From IMG/VR virus record IMGVR_UViG_3300046820_002883: a stretch of 64,000 nt of DNA. One strand, written 5' to 3'. The notes beneath the pieces are model-generated. The model was not told the DNA's origin, searched no databases, and saw nothing but the letters and a program-made list of their open reading frames with translations. Positions 28,801-35,943 of the stretch are shown piece after piece; position 1 is the stretch's first letter, and each line of letters opens with the position of its first letter. Source of the stretch: an uncultured virus (IMG/VR IMGVR_UViG_3300046820_002883). Lineage: Duplodnaviria; Heunggongvirae; Uroviricota; Caudoviricetes. Position numbers and translations under genes: made by a program.

Positions 28801-31539
28801 TGGGGTAATGGTAGGTGTTCTAGTGGGGGTGATTGTAGGAGTAACGGAGGTAGTTGGTGTAACAGAAGTCGTTGGCGTGATAGTAGGAGTGACTGTTGGT
28901 GTTTGAGTCGGTGTCAACGTCGGTGTTACAGATGTGGTTGGTGTTATGGTTGGGGTAATGGTAGGGGTGATAGTCGGCGTTACTGATGTAGTTGGCGTGA
29001 TGGTTGGAGTAACTGTTGCTGTTCTAGTAGGTGTAACGGTGGGTGTCACCGAAGTAGTTGGTGTAACTGATGTGGTTGGTGTTATCGTAGGAGTAACCGT
29101 CGGGGTTCTAGTAGGTGTTACAGTTGGTGTAACTGATGTGGTTGGCGTAATGGTCGGGGTAATAGTTGGAGTTACTGTTGGTGTTATACTAGTTGTTGGA
29201 GTAATAGTTGGAGTTACTGTTGCAGTAACTGTAGGAGTTACCGTAGGAGTAACTGATGTAGTTGGGGTAATGGTTGGAGTGATTGTAGGAGTAACAGAGG
29301 TTGTTGGTGTCAATGTTGGTGTTACCGTAGCAGTTCTAGTTGGAGTGATTGTAGGAGTAACAGAGGTTGTTGGTGTCAATGTTGGTGTAACTGAAGTTGT
29401 AGGAGTAACAGTTGGAGTTACTGTTGCAGTAACTGTAGGTGTAATAGTTGGTGTTACTGATGTGGTTGGTGTAACTGTAGGAGTAGTTGTGGGTGTGATA
29501 GTAGGTGTTACCGATGTAGTTGGTGTAATAGTTGGAGTAACTGTGGGTGTTCTAGTTGGAGTAATGGTTGGTGTAACCGAAGTGGTTGGAGTTATAGTTG
29601 GTGTAACTGTGGGAGTCACTGATGTGGTTGGTGTAATTGTAGGAGTAATGGTTGGTGTTACTGTAGCAGTTCTAGTTGGAGTGACAGAAGTTGTTGGAGT
29701 TACCGTAGGTGTTACCGAAGTGGTTGGGGTTGTTGTTGGTGTAACTGTGGGAGTTTGAGTCGGTGTTACCGTTGGAGTAACAGAAGTAGTTGGTGTTATA
29801 GTTGGAGTAATGGTGGGAGTCACTGTGGGTGTTACAGATGTTGTAGGTGTAATAGTTGGTGTAACCGTAGCGGTAACGGTAGGTGTTACTGTTGGGGTAA
29901 CCGATGTAGTTGGGGTAATAGTTGGTGTAACCGTAGGTGTTATAGTAGGACTTATCGTTGGTGTAACAGAAGTTGTTGGAGTGATAGTAGGAGTTATCGT
30001 TGCAGTAACTGTTGGTGTAACTGTGGGAGTCACTGAAGTTGTAGGTGTAATTGTAGGTGTAATTGTAGGTGTTTGAGTCGGTGTTACCGTTGGTGTGATT
30101 GTAGGTGTTACACTAGTTGTGGGGGTAATAGTAGGTGTTACCGTTGCAGTTCTAGTTGGTGTAATAGTAGGAGTAACTGAAGTTGTTGGTGTAATGGTCG
30201 GAGTTACGGTAGGAGTTACTGTAGGGGTCACAGATGTTGTAGGTGTAATAGTTGGAGTCACTGTTGCAGTAACGGTAGGAGTGACTGTTGGTGTAACAGA
30301 GGTAGTAGGAGTAACTGAAGTAGTCGGAGTAACCGTAGGTGTTTGAGTCGGTGTTACCGTTGGGGTGGTAGTGGGAGTAACTGAAGTGGTTGGTGTTATC
30401 GTAGGTGTTTGAGTCGGTGTAACCGTTGGGGTAACAGAAGTTGTTGGTGTGATTGTTGGGGTAACCGTAGGTGTGACTGTAGAGGTCACAGTAGGAGTTA
30501 CACTGGTAGTTGGGGTTACAGATGTTGTTGGCGTGGTAGTAGGTGTTGTTGTTGGAGTGACTGTTGGAGTAACCGATGTGGTTGGTGTAATTGTGGGTGT
30601 TATAGTTGGTGTTTGTGTAGGTGTAATTGATGTAGTGGGAGTTACAGTTGGTGTTTCACTTGGGGTTAATGTGGGGGTCACCGAGGTGGTGGGTGTTACG
30701 GTAGGTGTTTCACTTGGAGTAAGAGTTGGTGTTACGGATGTAGTTGGAGTAATGGTTGGGGTTATCGTAGGTGTTACTGTAGGAGTTACAGATGTGGTGG
30801 GTGTTACCGTTGGTGTTTCACTTGGAGTAAGAGTTGGTGTTACTGATGTAGTTGGTGTAATAGTTGGGGTAATTGTAGGTGTTACTGATGTGGTTGGTGT
30901 AATTGTAGGAGTAACTGTTGGTGTCTCACTTGGTGTTAATGTAGGAGTAACTGAAGTTGTGGGAGTAATAGTTGGAGTGATAGTTGGGGTAACAGTAGGA
31001 GTCTCACTTGGTGTTTGAGACGGGGTGACTGTTGGAGTCATGGTCGGTGTTACTGCAGGTGTCTCACTTGGTGTAATTGTGGGTGTAATTGTGGGTGTTG
31101 ATGTTGGTGTTACTGTTGGAGTGGTTGTTGGAGTGGTTGTTGGGGTAATAGTAGGAGTGTTTGTAACCGTAATAGTAGGGGTATTTGTTGGTGTGATAGT
31201 AAGTGTAACTGTAGGTGTTGGGGTAGTCGTTACTGTCGGTGTCAATGATGGTGTTCTGGTAACACTTGGAGTAAGAGTTGGTGTTGTGGTCGGAGTAACA
31301 GACGGACTTGGTACGATAGGTGAACTTGTAGGTGTTGGGGTAGGACAAACAATACCAACTTCACATGTTTTATTTAAGTTAACAAAGTAAACAGAGTAAG
31401 TTCCGATATAATAATCGGTCTCATAATAGTACGGCATTGTGACAGTACCTAAGTTAATTGTACCACCCGAACATGGGTAGAAAACAATTGTCGCTGTTTG
31501 ACCATCATAATTACCCGTATTTATTTTAACTAATGCCAT
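16858..31539 (-). CDS. Giant mucin-like Pro/Thr repeat protein (4893 aa) with small Cys-containing N-terminal domain and Cys-rich C-terminal modules
   Basis: Uninterrupted 14.7-kb ORF; ~4400 residues of TPT(V/I/Q/R/L) and TPTTSV units with heavily varied synonymous codons. Confidence 0.9.
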   Translation of the reverse strand: MALVKINTGNYDGQTATIVFYPCSGGTINLGTVTMPYYYETDYYIGTYSVYFVNLNKTCEVGIVCPTPTPTSSPIVPSPSVTPTTTPTLTPSVTRTPSLTPTVTTTPTPTVTLTITPTNTPTITVTNTPTITPTTTPTTTPTVTPTSTPTITPTITPSETPAVTPTMTPTVTPSQTPSETPTVTPTITPTITPTTSVTPTLTPSETPTVTPTITPTTSVTPTITPTITPTTSVTPTLTPSETPTVTPTTSVTPTVTPTITPTITPTTSVTPTLTPSETPTVTPTTSVTPTLTPSETPTVTPTTSITPTQTPTITPTITPTTSVTPTVTPTTTPTTTPTTSVTPTTSVTPTVTSTVTPTVTPTITPTTSVTPTVTPTQTPTITPTTSVTPTTTPTVTPTQTPTVTPTTSVTPTTSVTPTVTPTVTATVTPTITPTTSVTPTVTPTVTPTITPTTSVTPTITPTRTATVTPTITPTTSVTPTITPTVTPTQTPTITPTITPTTSVTPTVTPTVTATITPTITPTTSVTPTISPTITPTVTPTITPTTSVTPTVTPTVTATVTPTITPTTSVTPTVTPTITPTITPTTSVTPTVTPTQTPTVTPTTTPTTSVTPTVTPTTSVTPTRTATVTPTITPTITPTTSVTPTVTPTITPTTSVTPTITPTRTPTVTPTITPTTSVTPTITPTTTPTVTPTTSVTPTITPTVTATVTPTVTPTTSVTPTLTPTTSVTPTITPTRTATVTPTLTPTTSVTPTITPTITPTTSVTPTVTPTVTATVTPTITPTTSITPTVTPTITPTITPTTSVTPTVTPTRTPTVTPTITPTTSVTPTTSVTPTVTPTRTATVTPTITPTTSVTPTITPTITPTITPTTSVTPTLTPTQTPTVTPTITPTTSVTPTTSVTPTITPTRTPTITPTITPTTSVTPTITPTVTATVTPTITPTTSVTPTTSVTPTVTPTVTPTITPTITPTITPTTSITPTTSVTPTITPTVTATITPTITPTTSVTPTITPTVTPTTSVTPTLTPTQTPTITPTITPTTSVTPTTSVTPTITPTRTATVTPTITPTTSVTPTVTPTITPTTSVTPTVTPTVTATVTPTITPTTSITPTITPTTSITPTITPTKTPTVTPTITPTTSVTPTVTPTITPTTSVTPTVTPTLTATVTPTITPTTSVTPTFTPTPTVTPAPACDIDYTMIPSPTPTSTPTMTQTPTITPTITPTVTPTITPTITPTTSVTPTVTPTVTATITPTVTPTRTVTPTVTPTITPTITPTTSVTPTVTPTVTSTVTPTITPTTSVTPTLTPTTSVTPTRTPTVTPTTTPTVTPTTSVTPTTTPTLTPTTSVTPTITPTITPTITPTITPTTSVTPTITPSVTPTITPTTSVTPTLTPTQTPTVTPTITPTTSVTPTTSVTPTRTPTITPTITPTVTPTTSVTPTITPTVTPTITPTTSVTPTVTPTITPTVTPTTSITPTGTPTQTPTVTPTITPTTSVTPTTSVTPTITPTRTPTITPTITPTTSVTPTVTPTITPTTSVTPTLTPTVTPTVTPTITPTTSVTPTTSVTPTVTPTVTATVTPTITPTTSVTPTLTPTVTPTVTPTITPTTSVTPTVTPTVTATVTPTITPTTSVTPTQTPTITPTITPTATPTTSVTPTVTPTVTPTTSVTPTVTPTVTPTITPTITPTTSVTPTTSVTPTITPTRTATVTPTITPTTSVTPTVTPTITPTITPTTSVTPTITPTQTPTITPTITPTTSVTPTTSVTPTITPTITPTITPTITPTTSVTPTITPTVTPTITPTTSVTPTVTPTVTPTITPTTSVTPTVTPTVTATVTPTITPTTSVTPTTSVTPTITPTRTATVTPTVTPTITPTTSITPTVTPTITPTITPTVTPTITPTTSVTPTTSITPTITPTRTATVTPTITPTTSVTPTVTPTITPTTSVTPTVTPTVTPTVTPTITPTTSVTPTQTPTITPTITPTTSVTPTVTPTVTPTVTPTITPTTSVTPTVTPTVTATVTPTITPTTSVTPTLTPTQTPTITPTVTPTTSVTPTTSVTPTVTPTVTPTVTPTITPTTSVTPTVTPTITPTITPTTSVTPTLTPTQTPTVTPTITPTTSVTPTVTPTTSVTPTVTPTVTATVTPTITPTTSVTPTITPTTSVTPTVTPTVTPTITPTITPTTSVTPTTSVTPTVTATVTPTITPTTSVTPTTTPTITPTITPTTSVTPTITPTVTPTITPTITPTTSVTPTVTPTVTPTITPTITPTTSVTPTVTPTVTPTITPTTSVTPTITPTRTATVTPTITPTTSVTPTTSVTPTVTPTVTATVTPTITPTTSITPTVTPTVTPTITPTTSVTPTQTPTVTPTITPTTSVTPTVTPTTTPTITPTITPTTSVTPTTSVTPTVTPTRTATVTPTITPTTSVTPTVTPTVTPTITPTTSVTPTVTPTQTPTVTPTITPTTSVTPTVTPTVTATVTPTITPTTSVTPTVTPTVTPTITPTTSVTPTITPTITPTVTPTTSITPTITPTVTATVTPTITPTTSVTPTTSVTPTVTPTRTPTVTPTITPTITPTTSVTPTITPTQTPTITPTVTPTTSVTPTVTPTITPTVTPTTSVTPTLTPTQTPTVTPTTSVTPTVTPTVTPTITPTTSVTPTVTPTVTPTITPTTSVTPTITPTRTATVTPTITPTTSVTPTTSVTPTLTPTQTPTVTPTITPTTSVTPTVTPTITPTITPTTSVTPTVTPTVTPTITPTTSVTPTVTPTVTSTVTPTITPTTSVTPTITPTITPTVTPTITPTTSVTPTVTPTVTPTITPTTSVTPTITPTVTPTITPTTSVTPTVTPTVTATVTPTITPTTSVTPTQTPTVTPTITPTTSVTPTITPTVTPTITPTTSVTPTVTPTVTATVTPTITPTTSVTPTITPTVTPTRTATVTPTITPTTSVTPTVTPTVTPTVTPTITPTTSVTPTVTPTVTPTITPTTSVTPTVTPTVTATITPTTSVTPTVTPTVTATVTPTITPTTSVTPTTSVTPTITPTQTPTVTPTITPTTSVTPTVTPTITPTITPTTSVTPTITPTRTATVTPTITPTTSVTPTVTPTITPTITPTTSVTPTVTPTVTPTITPTTSVTPTVTPTVTPTITPTTSVTPTITPTITATVTPTITPTTSITPTTSVTPTVTPTQTPTVTPTITPTTSVTPTVTPTITPTTSVTPTVTPTITSTVTPTITPTTSVTPTITPTRTATVTPTITPTTTPTTSVTPTVTPTVTPTITPTITPTTSVTPTITPTQTPTVTPTTSVTPTVTPTITPTITPTTSVTPTVTPTITPTITPTTSVTPTVTPTVTPTVTPTITPTTSVTPTITPTRTATVTPTVTPTITPTTSVTPTVTPTVTPTITPTITPTTSVTPTVTPTITPTVTPTTSITPTVTPTVTPTITPTTSVTPTITPSVTPTITPTITPTTSVTPTTSVTPTLTPTQTPTVTPTITPTTSVTPTVTPTITPTITPTTSVTPTITPTVTPTITPTTSVTPTVTPTITPTITPTTSVTPTITPTVTPTITPTTSVTPTVTPTITPTVTPTITPTTSVTPTTSVTPTITPTRTATVTPTITPTTSVTPTVTPTITPTTSVTPTITPTQTPTVTPTITPTTSVTPTTSVTPTVTPTITPTVTPTITPTTSVTPTITPTVTPTITPTTSVTPTITPTVTPTITPTTSVTPTTTPTITPTITPTTSVTPTITPTVTPTITPTITPTTSVTPTLTPTQTPTVTPTITPTTSVTPTVTPTITPTVTPTTSVTPTQTPTVTPTITPTTSVTPTITPTVTATVTPTITPTTSITPTVTPTVTPTRTATVTPTITPTTSVTPTVTPTVTPTITPTVTPTITPTTSVTPTTSVTPTVTPTVTPTITPTITPTTSVTPTITPTVTPTITPTTSVTPTITPTITPTVTPTITPTITPTTSVTPTVTPTVTPTITPTITPTTSVTPTVTPTITATVTPTITPTTSVTPTTSVTPTVTPTVTPTVTPTITPTITPTTSVTPTITPTRTATVTPTVTPTITPTTSVTPTVTPTVTPTITPTITPTTSVTPTVTPTITPTITPTITPTTSVTPTVTPTITPTITPTITPTTSVTPTVTPTITPTITPTTSVTPTITPTITPTVTPTITPTTSVTPTITPSVTPTITPTVTPTITPTTSVTPTVTPTITPTVTPTVTPTITPTTSVTPTITPTITPTVTPTITPTITPTTSVTPTITPSVTPTRTATVTPTITPTTSVTPTLTPTQTPTITPTITPTITPTTSVTPTITPTVTPTITPTVTPTITPTTSVTPTITPTVTPTITPTVTPTITPTTSVTPTITPTVTPTVTPTITPTITPTTSVTPTITPTRTPTITPTITPTITPTTSVTPTVTPTITPTITPTITPTNSVTPTITPTITPTGTPAVTPSVTPTITPTVTPTITPTITPTTSVTPTITPTVTPTRTPTITPTITPTTSVTPTVTPTTVYVSIRMVSCCSPDGFEFNVTQADFNAIIANPSFAYVINGFCYSNATVILFNSFLTVYTPTGTFATCNECVVARPCPTPTPTSTPTITPTRTITPTITPTITPTITPTITPTITPTRTITPTVTPTITPTITPTITPTTSVTPTPTRTPGGTPAVTQSVTPTRTPTPTLTPTVTPTITPTITRTITPTVTPTVTPTVTPTITRTITPTPTPTPTRTVASTPPPSESPQPTSTPTNTPTPTPTPSIPGCVCKKYRIDSITPNVQSIDYQTCCDPSSSVIITPEIIAATGYRLDFCACVGSVNVNGGNAAVSLVGDCNPDANQCNCWEINVDPADAAASSDGQVHAFYQCCQSTWENEALPPGTWRKCAIQFFGLYIIVGGNYVVAPNSTASQVGNCGTECNPTYGGCDC
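18085..31345 (-). repeat. Degenerate 12/18-nt coding tandem repeat array (VTPT, ITPT, TPTTSV)
   Basis: + strand reads GTNGGNGT-type units; local exact duplications, e.g. 108-bp x2 at 20867-21082 and 78-bp period from 18509. Confidence 0.97.
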
Positions 31540-31701
31540 CTAATCGCTGAGAATTCCTTTCTTCTTAAATATTGTTAATATAAGAACTTAAAAGAAATTT
31601 GTAAAGAAATTTATCGTTTATGAGTAACGATAATATAAATAAAATTTTAGTAAATGAAAAATGATTCAACGAATGTTGAAGTATTTTATTTTTCATATCC
31701 A

Positions 31702-34700
31702 TTACGGACAACCAAATGGACTTTCTTCTAATTCAATATTTGTGGGTTCGGTAGGACAATTTACCGGGTCGATGTAATATTGAACTAAGTCAAAATTAAT
31801 GTTAGGGTGTTTATTGTACTGATGTTTTAATAATAATTGTTCGTTTGAGTTTCCATTAAAAATAACAACAAATTCACTGTTTAAATCTACATTGTCTTTA
31901 CTAAAATTAATGTTATAATATAGATTTGGTTCACAATAATTCAAATCGACATCAATAACCTCAATTGGAAAACCGTATTGGTTGATTAAATAATCTCCAT
32001 GATTATATAATTCTTTTGGGTGGTCACAACAAGGTTCGATAAAATCGGTTGGTTTCTTTTGTAATTCCTCAGGGAATCTATCATCAAAGAAATACGTGCT
32101 ATTTGTTGGTACACCAAAATTTTCAACTATTCTATTGGTATAAACTCTTAATTGTGTTGTGGGTAAGACTTCAAAAACTTCGTAATCATCATTTAGTGTC
32201 AATCCGGTAATTATACTTTTCTTAACCGATGCTAAACAATCAATGTCGGTTACTTTTAATTTTACATATTTGTATGTAAATGAGAAACCTGAAGTTGTTG
32301 AATCTAAAATATTTTGAAAATTATAGGAAGAGCATGGTAGGTATTCGGCAGATAAAACATATTCATTAACCACCAAATCGTAAACATTTTTTTCAATAAT
32401 CGTTCCACCACTTATATATGACATAATATCATCTTTTGTGGTCCCACTATTAATTGTTGTTCCTGAGTTTACAACCAATACTTTGGTATCATATTTTAAT
32501 CCGTAATCAAAATTACTTATGTATTCAACTTTTGGTATTAGTGTATACCCTGTGTAGTTATCACAATAAGTTGCCCCCGTTTGTCTTGAAATTGTTGTTG
32601 AACCTTGGATACCAAAAATTTCAAAAATTTCTGTGTGACTTTTACCTGTTTCGGGACACGGGTCGTTACCAATCTGTGGTTGTAAACCTTCAATTCTAAA
32701 TTTAACTTCTTTATTTGCAGCATCTATGATATTGAAATCAATAATATCATTAACACTAACACCCGTTAATTTAAATTTACAATCATCACCCGAAATCTTC
32801 TCAATGTAGTAATCTGCGTTTTGGTTATAACCCGAAACACAATTCGCGTACATGAAGAATGACCTATCAGAATATTTTTGAACGCTGGTTTTTTCCCCAA
32901 TTACTTCAATGTAAATGTCAGAAACAAATGAACACCCTGTCGGGGTTTCACAAATATATTCACCGTTACCGGTGACTTCAACACTTATAATCCCTGAATT
33001 TTTGTTTACATTGTAATCCGCCTCAAATCTATAATCAAAATAATCACTAACAGAACAATCATTCATTCCGTATTTTATAGATGAGAATCTAATTTTTTCT
33101 ACACCATCAATATCGATAAAAGTTTCGTAGTTAATTAATGGTAAAGATTCAATATAAGCGGTTTGACCTGTGGTTCCGGTATATGGTGCATAGTTTTCAT
33201 ATCCAGCACTAAATCTTGTGATTGTAATTGTTGAGATTAGTTCAGATATTGCACTCATCCACAATTGTTTAATCTTGACGATATCGGGTTCCAAATAATC
33301 TTTATAATCACAAATTAATGCCAGATTAACCGGGTCATTTGATGAAACAATACTTGTACATCCTGTAATTGGGAATGGGTTAAACAATTGAGCACTGTTT
33401 GTGGTGTTTGTTATACCACTAACAACTACAGACATGCTCGGAGTAAAACCTGTATAATCCGGACCACCATAAATCACACCATCAATTTCAATTAATGGAT
33501 AATATGTCACCCCTGAAATAGTAATTAGCGACCTAAAGTTTGGTTCCTCACCAATCATTGTTTCTAAATCTTCTTCAATTACATTTTCAAAATCGGGATA
33601 TAAACTTTCAATAAATTGAAGTGGTTGACAACCAAATCTATATTGATATTTAGACCTACCAAATACGTTATTCTCAATTAAATTACCTCCAGTCCATTGT
33701 GTAGTTGATGGTAATAATTGTTCAACTAATTGTGGCCAATAGGGTGAAATTTTATTAATAAATTCTGTTACGTCAATTTGGTGGTAAGGTGTAAATCCTG
33801 TTTGACTTAAATAATCCGTGAAAACATCTTCAAGTTGGATATAATTTTTCTTATATCTAACTTTATTTGAATTTGTGACAAGACTATGAATAAATGAATC
33901 AATAAACTCGGCGTATGTTTTTCCTGTTTGTGGATATAATGTATTTGAACCAAAAGATAACTCCAATTCACTACTTTTTCTGTAGATATCGTAGTTAACA
34001 CCATTCGCAGGTGAAATATGAATACCAATGTTCTTTCTGTTTAAAATTAGAATAGAATCATCTTGGTACTGTTGTCCTTTTGCATTATCGACACCACCAA
34101 CTAAGTTATAACCGGTGTCTAAACCGGGTAATGTTCTGAAAACATCAAAATAATCCTCACCATAAGTGTATGGTTTATTTTTTGTTTTTATGGTTTTTGT
34201 TCTACCTGTTAAAATTGAACTTTCGTCATCAATAACCAAAGGAGAACGATGTGACAATGTATTATCGTACCATCCTGAACCCGCACCAAAGAATATATTT
34301 TCAATTGCATTAGTTGCTCTTCTTGGTAAACCCGTAATTTCATCTACAGGGTACCCGTCTCTATTAAATGTGGTTGTTCCTGTGTATGTAATTACATTGT
34401 AGGTATAACCCGTAACATTAAGATTGGCGTAACTATATGTTTTTGTACCTTGGATTACATCATAAATGTCTTTTTCCAAATCAAAACTTGACGGCATTGA
34501 TGTTACTTTGTAAACATACTCGTCAATTTTAATTAGAGGTTCTGGTGCTCCTAAAAATTTTAAAAAGAAATCAATCGATGCTCTTGTACCTTTAGATTTG
34601 TAGATATATGCTAAGTTTACAAGTAATCTTCTATAAAAATCAAATTCCGCATTAACTAAATTTGTTCCGGTTGAAACTCCGTTGTAATTTGAGTCAAGTC

Positions 34701-35943
34701 TTGTGTAAAGAACATCATCTAAAGATTTTTCATCAAATAAATTAACACTTGATAAACCTAAATTCTCCGCTAAGTTTTTTAATAAGATGTCCGGAAGGTT
34801 TTCAATGCCATCATAAGACACATTTCTCATATGAGCAATGTTGTCTATGTATTTTTTAACACTATCAAAACTTTGACCGTAAAGTTGGAACACACTTTGT
34901 GCTCTTTGGTCAGGAGTATCGAATTCAAATAGTTGTGGAGACGCCAAAAATCTAACCATTAAATTAGATTTATAATCATCAACTTCATCTGAAACGTCAC
35001 CTAAATTACGGATATAAGTTTCGTAGTCAATACCATTAATTTGAATGTTCCATCCATCGGACGATATCGGCCAACTGTATTGTACGTTAACTAATGATGT
35101 TTTATCTCCATCATCACTATCTTTTGGAACCAAAAAACTTGAAGTATAAATGGGGTTCGTTTCTCTATTCAATAATGATTCTTCTAAATCATCTAAATTG
35201 TCAAAAAACTCTTCAACTATACCGTCATTTGGTCTAATTAATAAATCTCCATTGTATGTTGTGTTCCCACTAAATGGATTACCGTAAACCGCTAACCTTA
35301 TTTGGTTTAAATTATTTGGTTCACTATATTCTAAAATTGGATATACGTTTTTATTTAATGAAACAACGTATTTTGTGAATGATGAGTAAAAATTTCTAAT
35401 CTCATTGTCCGTTTCAGGTTTAATAACACTGTTTGGTTCAATAAAATTGATGTCGAATGGATTAAAAATCTTACTTCTCTCAATAAAGAATGTTGTTTTA
35501 TTTAAACTACTATCATATGATGATGTAATTACACTGTATAAACTATTACCAATAGGACTATTAGCAACGACATTAATACCGGCAGGGAATTTATTAATAA
35601 TTCTACCAATCGATACTAATATTCTACTTTTTAATGAACCAAATAGGGATTTGTCGGCATATTTTTTATCACCTCTAAATTTAATTGTGTCACTTCTTTT
35701 TGTTCCTTTTGATGATGTTGTAGTTGTTGGTGCATCTTCTTCCTTTAATGTTTCTAACGTTAAAAAATCAGAAAATGGATTTTTTCTAAAACTTTTTGAG
35801 TCTTTTTCAGGAATACTTTTGTCAAGTGCGAAAACCGTATTGGTCAGCGCGGAGGTTCCATCGGTAATTTGTCTACCAACTAAGAAATCATTAAACGTTT
35901 CGGCTCCACTTGCCGCCTGACTTGGTACTTTCCTTTTTGCCAT
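31702..35943 (-). CDS. Large baseplate wedge-type structural protein (P2 gpI/T4 gp7-like core), 1413 aa
   Basis: LPDILLKNLAENLG and YIYKSKGTRASIDFFLKFLG motifs; position in baseplate cluster. Confidence 0.75.
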   Translation of the reverse strand: MAKRKVPSQAASGAETFNDFLVGRQITDGTSALTNTVFALDKSIPEKDSKSFRKNPFSDFLTLETLKEEDAPTTTTSSKGTKRSDTIKFRGDKKYADKSLFGSLKSRILVSIGRIINKFPAGINVVANSPIGNSLYSVITSSYDSSLNKTTFFIERSKIFNPFDINFIEPNSVIKPETDNEIRNFYSSFTKYVVSLNKNVYPILEYSEPNNLNQIRLAVYGNPFSGNTTYNGDLLIRPNDGIVEEFFDNLDDLEESLLNRETNPIYTSSFLVPKDSDDGDKTSLVNVQYSWPISSDGWNIQINGIDYETYIRNLGDVSDEVDDYKSNLMVRFLASPQLFEFDTPDQRAQSVFQLYGQSFDSVKKYIDNIAHMRNVSYDGIENLPDILLKNLAENLGLSSVNLFDEKSLDDVLYTRLDSNYNGVSTGTNLVNAEFDFYRRLLVNLAYIYKSKGTRASIDFFLKFLGAPEPLIKIDEYVYKVTSMPSSFDLEKDIYDVIQGTKTYSYANLNVTGYTYNVITYTGTTTFNRDGYPVDEITGLPRRATNAIENIFFGAGSGWYDNTLSHRSPLVIDDESSILTGRTKTIKTKNKPYTYGEDYFDVFRTLPGLDTGYNLVGGVDNAKGQQYQDDSILILNRKNIGIHISPANGVNYDIYRKSSELELSFGSNTLYPQTGKTYAEFIDSFIHSLVTNSNKVRYKKNYIQLEDVFTDYLSQTGFTPYHQIDVTEFINKISPYWPQLVEQLLPSTTQWTGGNLIENNVFGRSKYQYRFGCQPLQFIESLYPDFENVIEEDLETMIGEEPNFRSLITISGVTYYPLIEIDGVIYGGPDYTGFTPSMSVVVSGITNTTNSAQLFNPFPITGCTSIVSSNDPVNLALICDYKDYLEPDIVKIKQLWMSAISELISTITITRFSAGYENYAPYTGTTGQTAYIESLPLINYETFIDIDGVEKIRFSSIKYGMNDCSVSDYFDYRFEADYNVNKNSGIISVEVTGNGEYICETPTGCSFVSDIYIEVIGEKTSVQKYSDRSFFMYANCVSGYNQNADYYIEKISGDDCKFKLTGVSVNDIIDFNIIDAANKEVKFRIEGLQPQIGNDPCPETGKSHTEIFEIFGIQGSTTISRQTGATYCDNYTGYTLIPKVEYISNFDYGLKYDTKVLVVNSGTTINSGTTKDDIMSYISGGTIIEKNVYDLVVNEYVLSAEYLPCSSYNFQNILDSTTSGFSFTYKYVKLKVTDIDCLASVKKSIITGLTLNDDYEVFEVLPTTQLRVYTNRIVENFGVPTNSTYFFDDRFPEELQKKPTDFIEPCCDHPKELYNHGDYLINQYGFPIEVIDVDLNYCEPNLYYNINFSKDNVDLNSEFVVIFNGNSNEQLLLKHQYNKHPNINFDLVQYYIDPVNCPTEPTNIELEESPFGCP

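Noticed and set aside
13557..31390. Many + strand ORFs encoding Val/Gly (VGVT) repeats, and Cys/Trp/Arg-rich frames
   Set aside because: Antisense shadows of Thr/Pro codons; they break wherever a Gln codon (ACT-CAA) creates TGA, and have no leaders or unique domains
16858..31539. CRISPR array, telomere-like satellite or DGR target
   Set aside because: No constant repeat with unique spacers; variation is confined to synonymous positions of one ORF; no reverse transcriptase or TR/VR pair in the window
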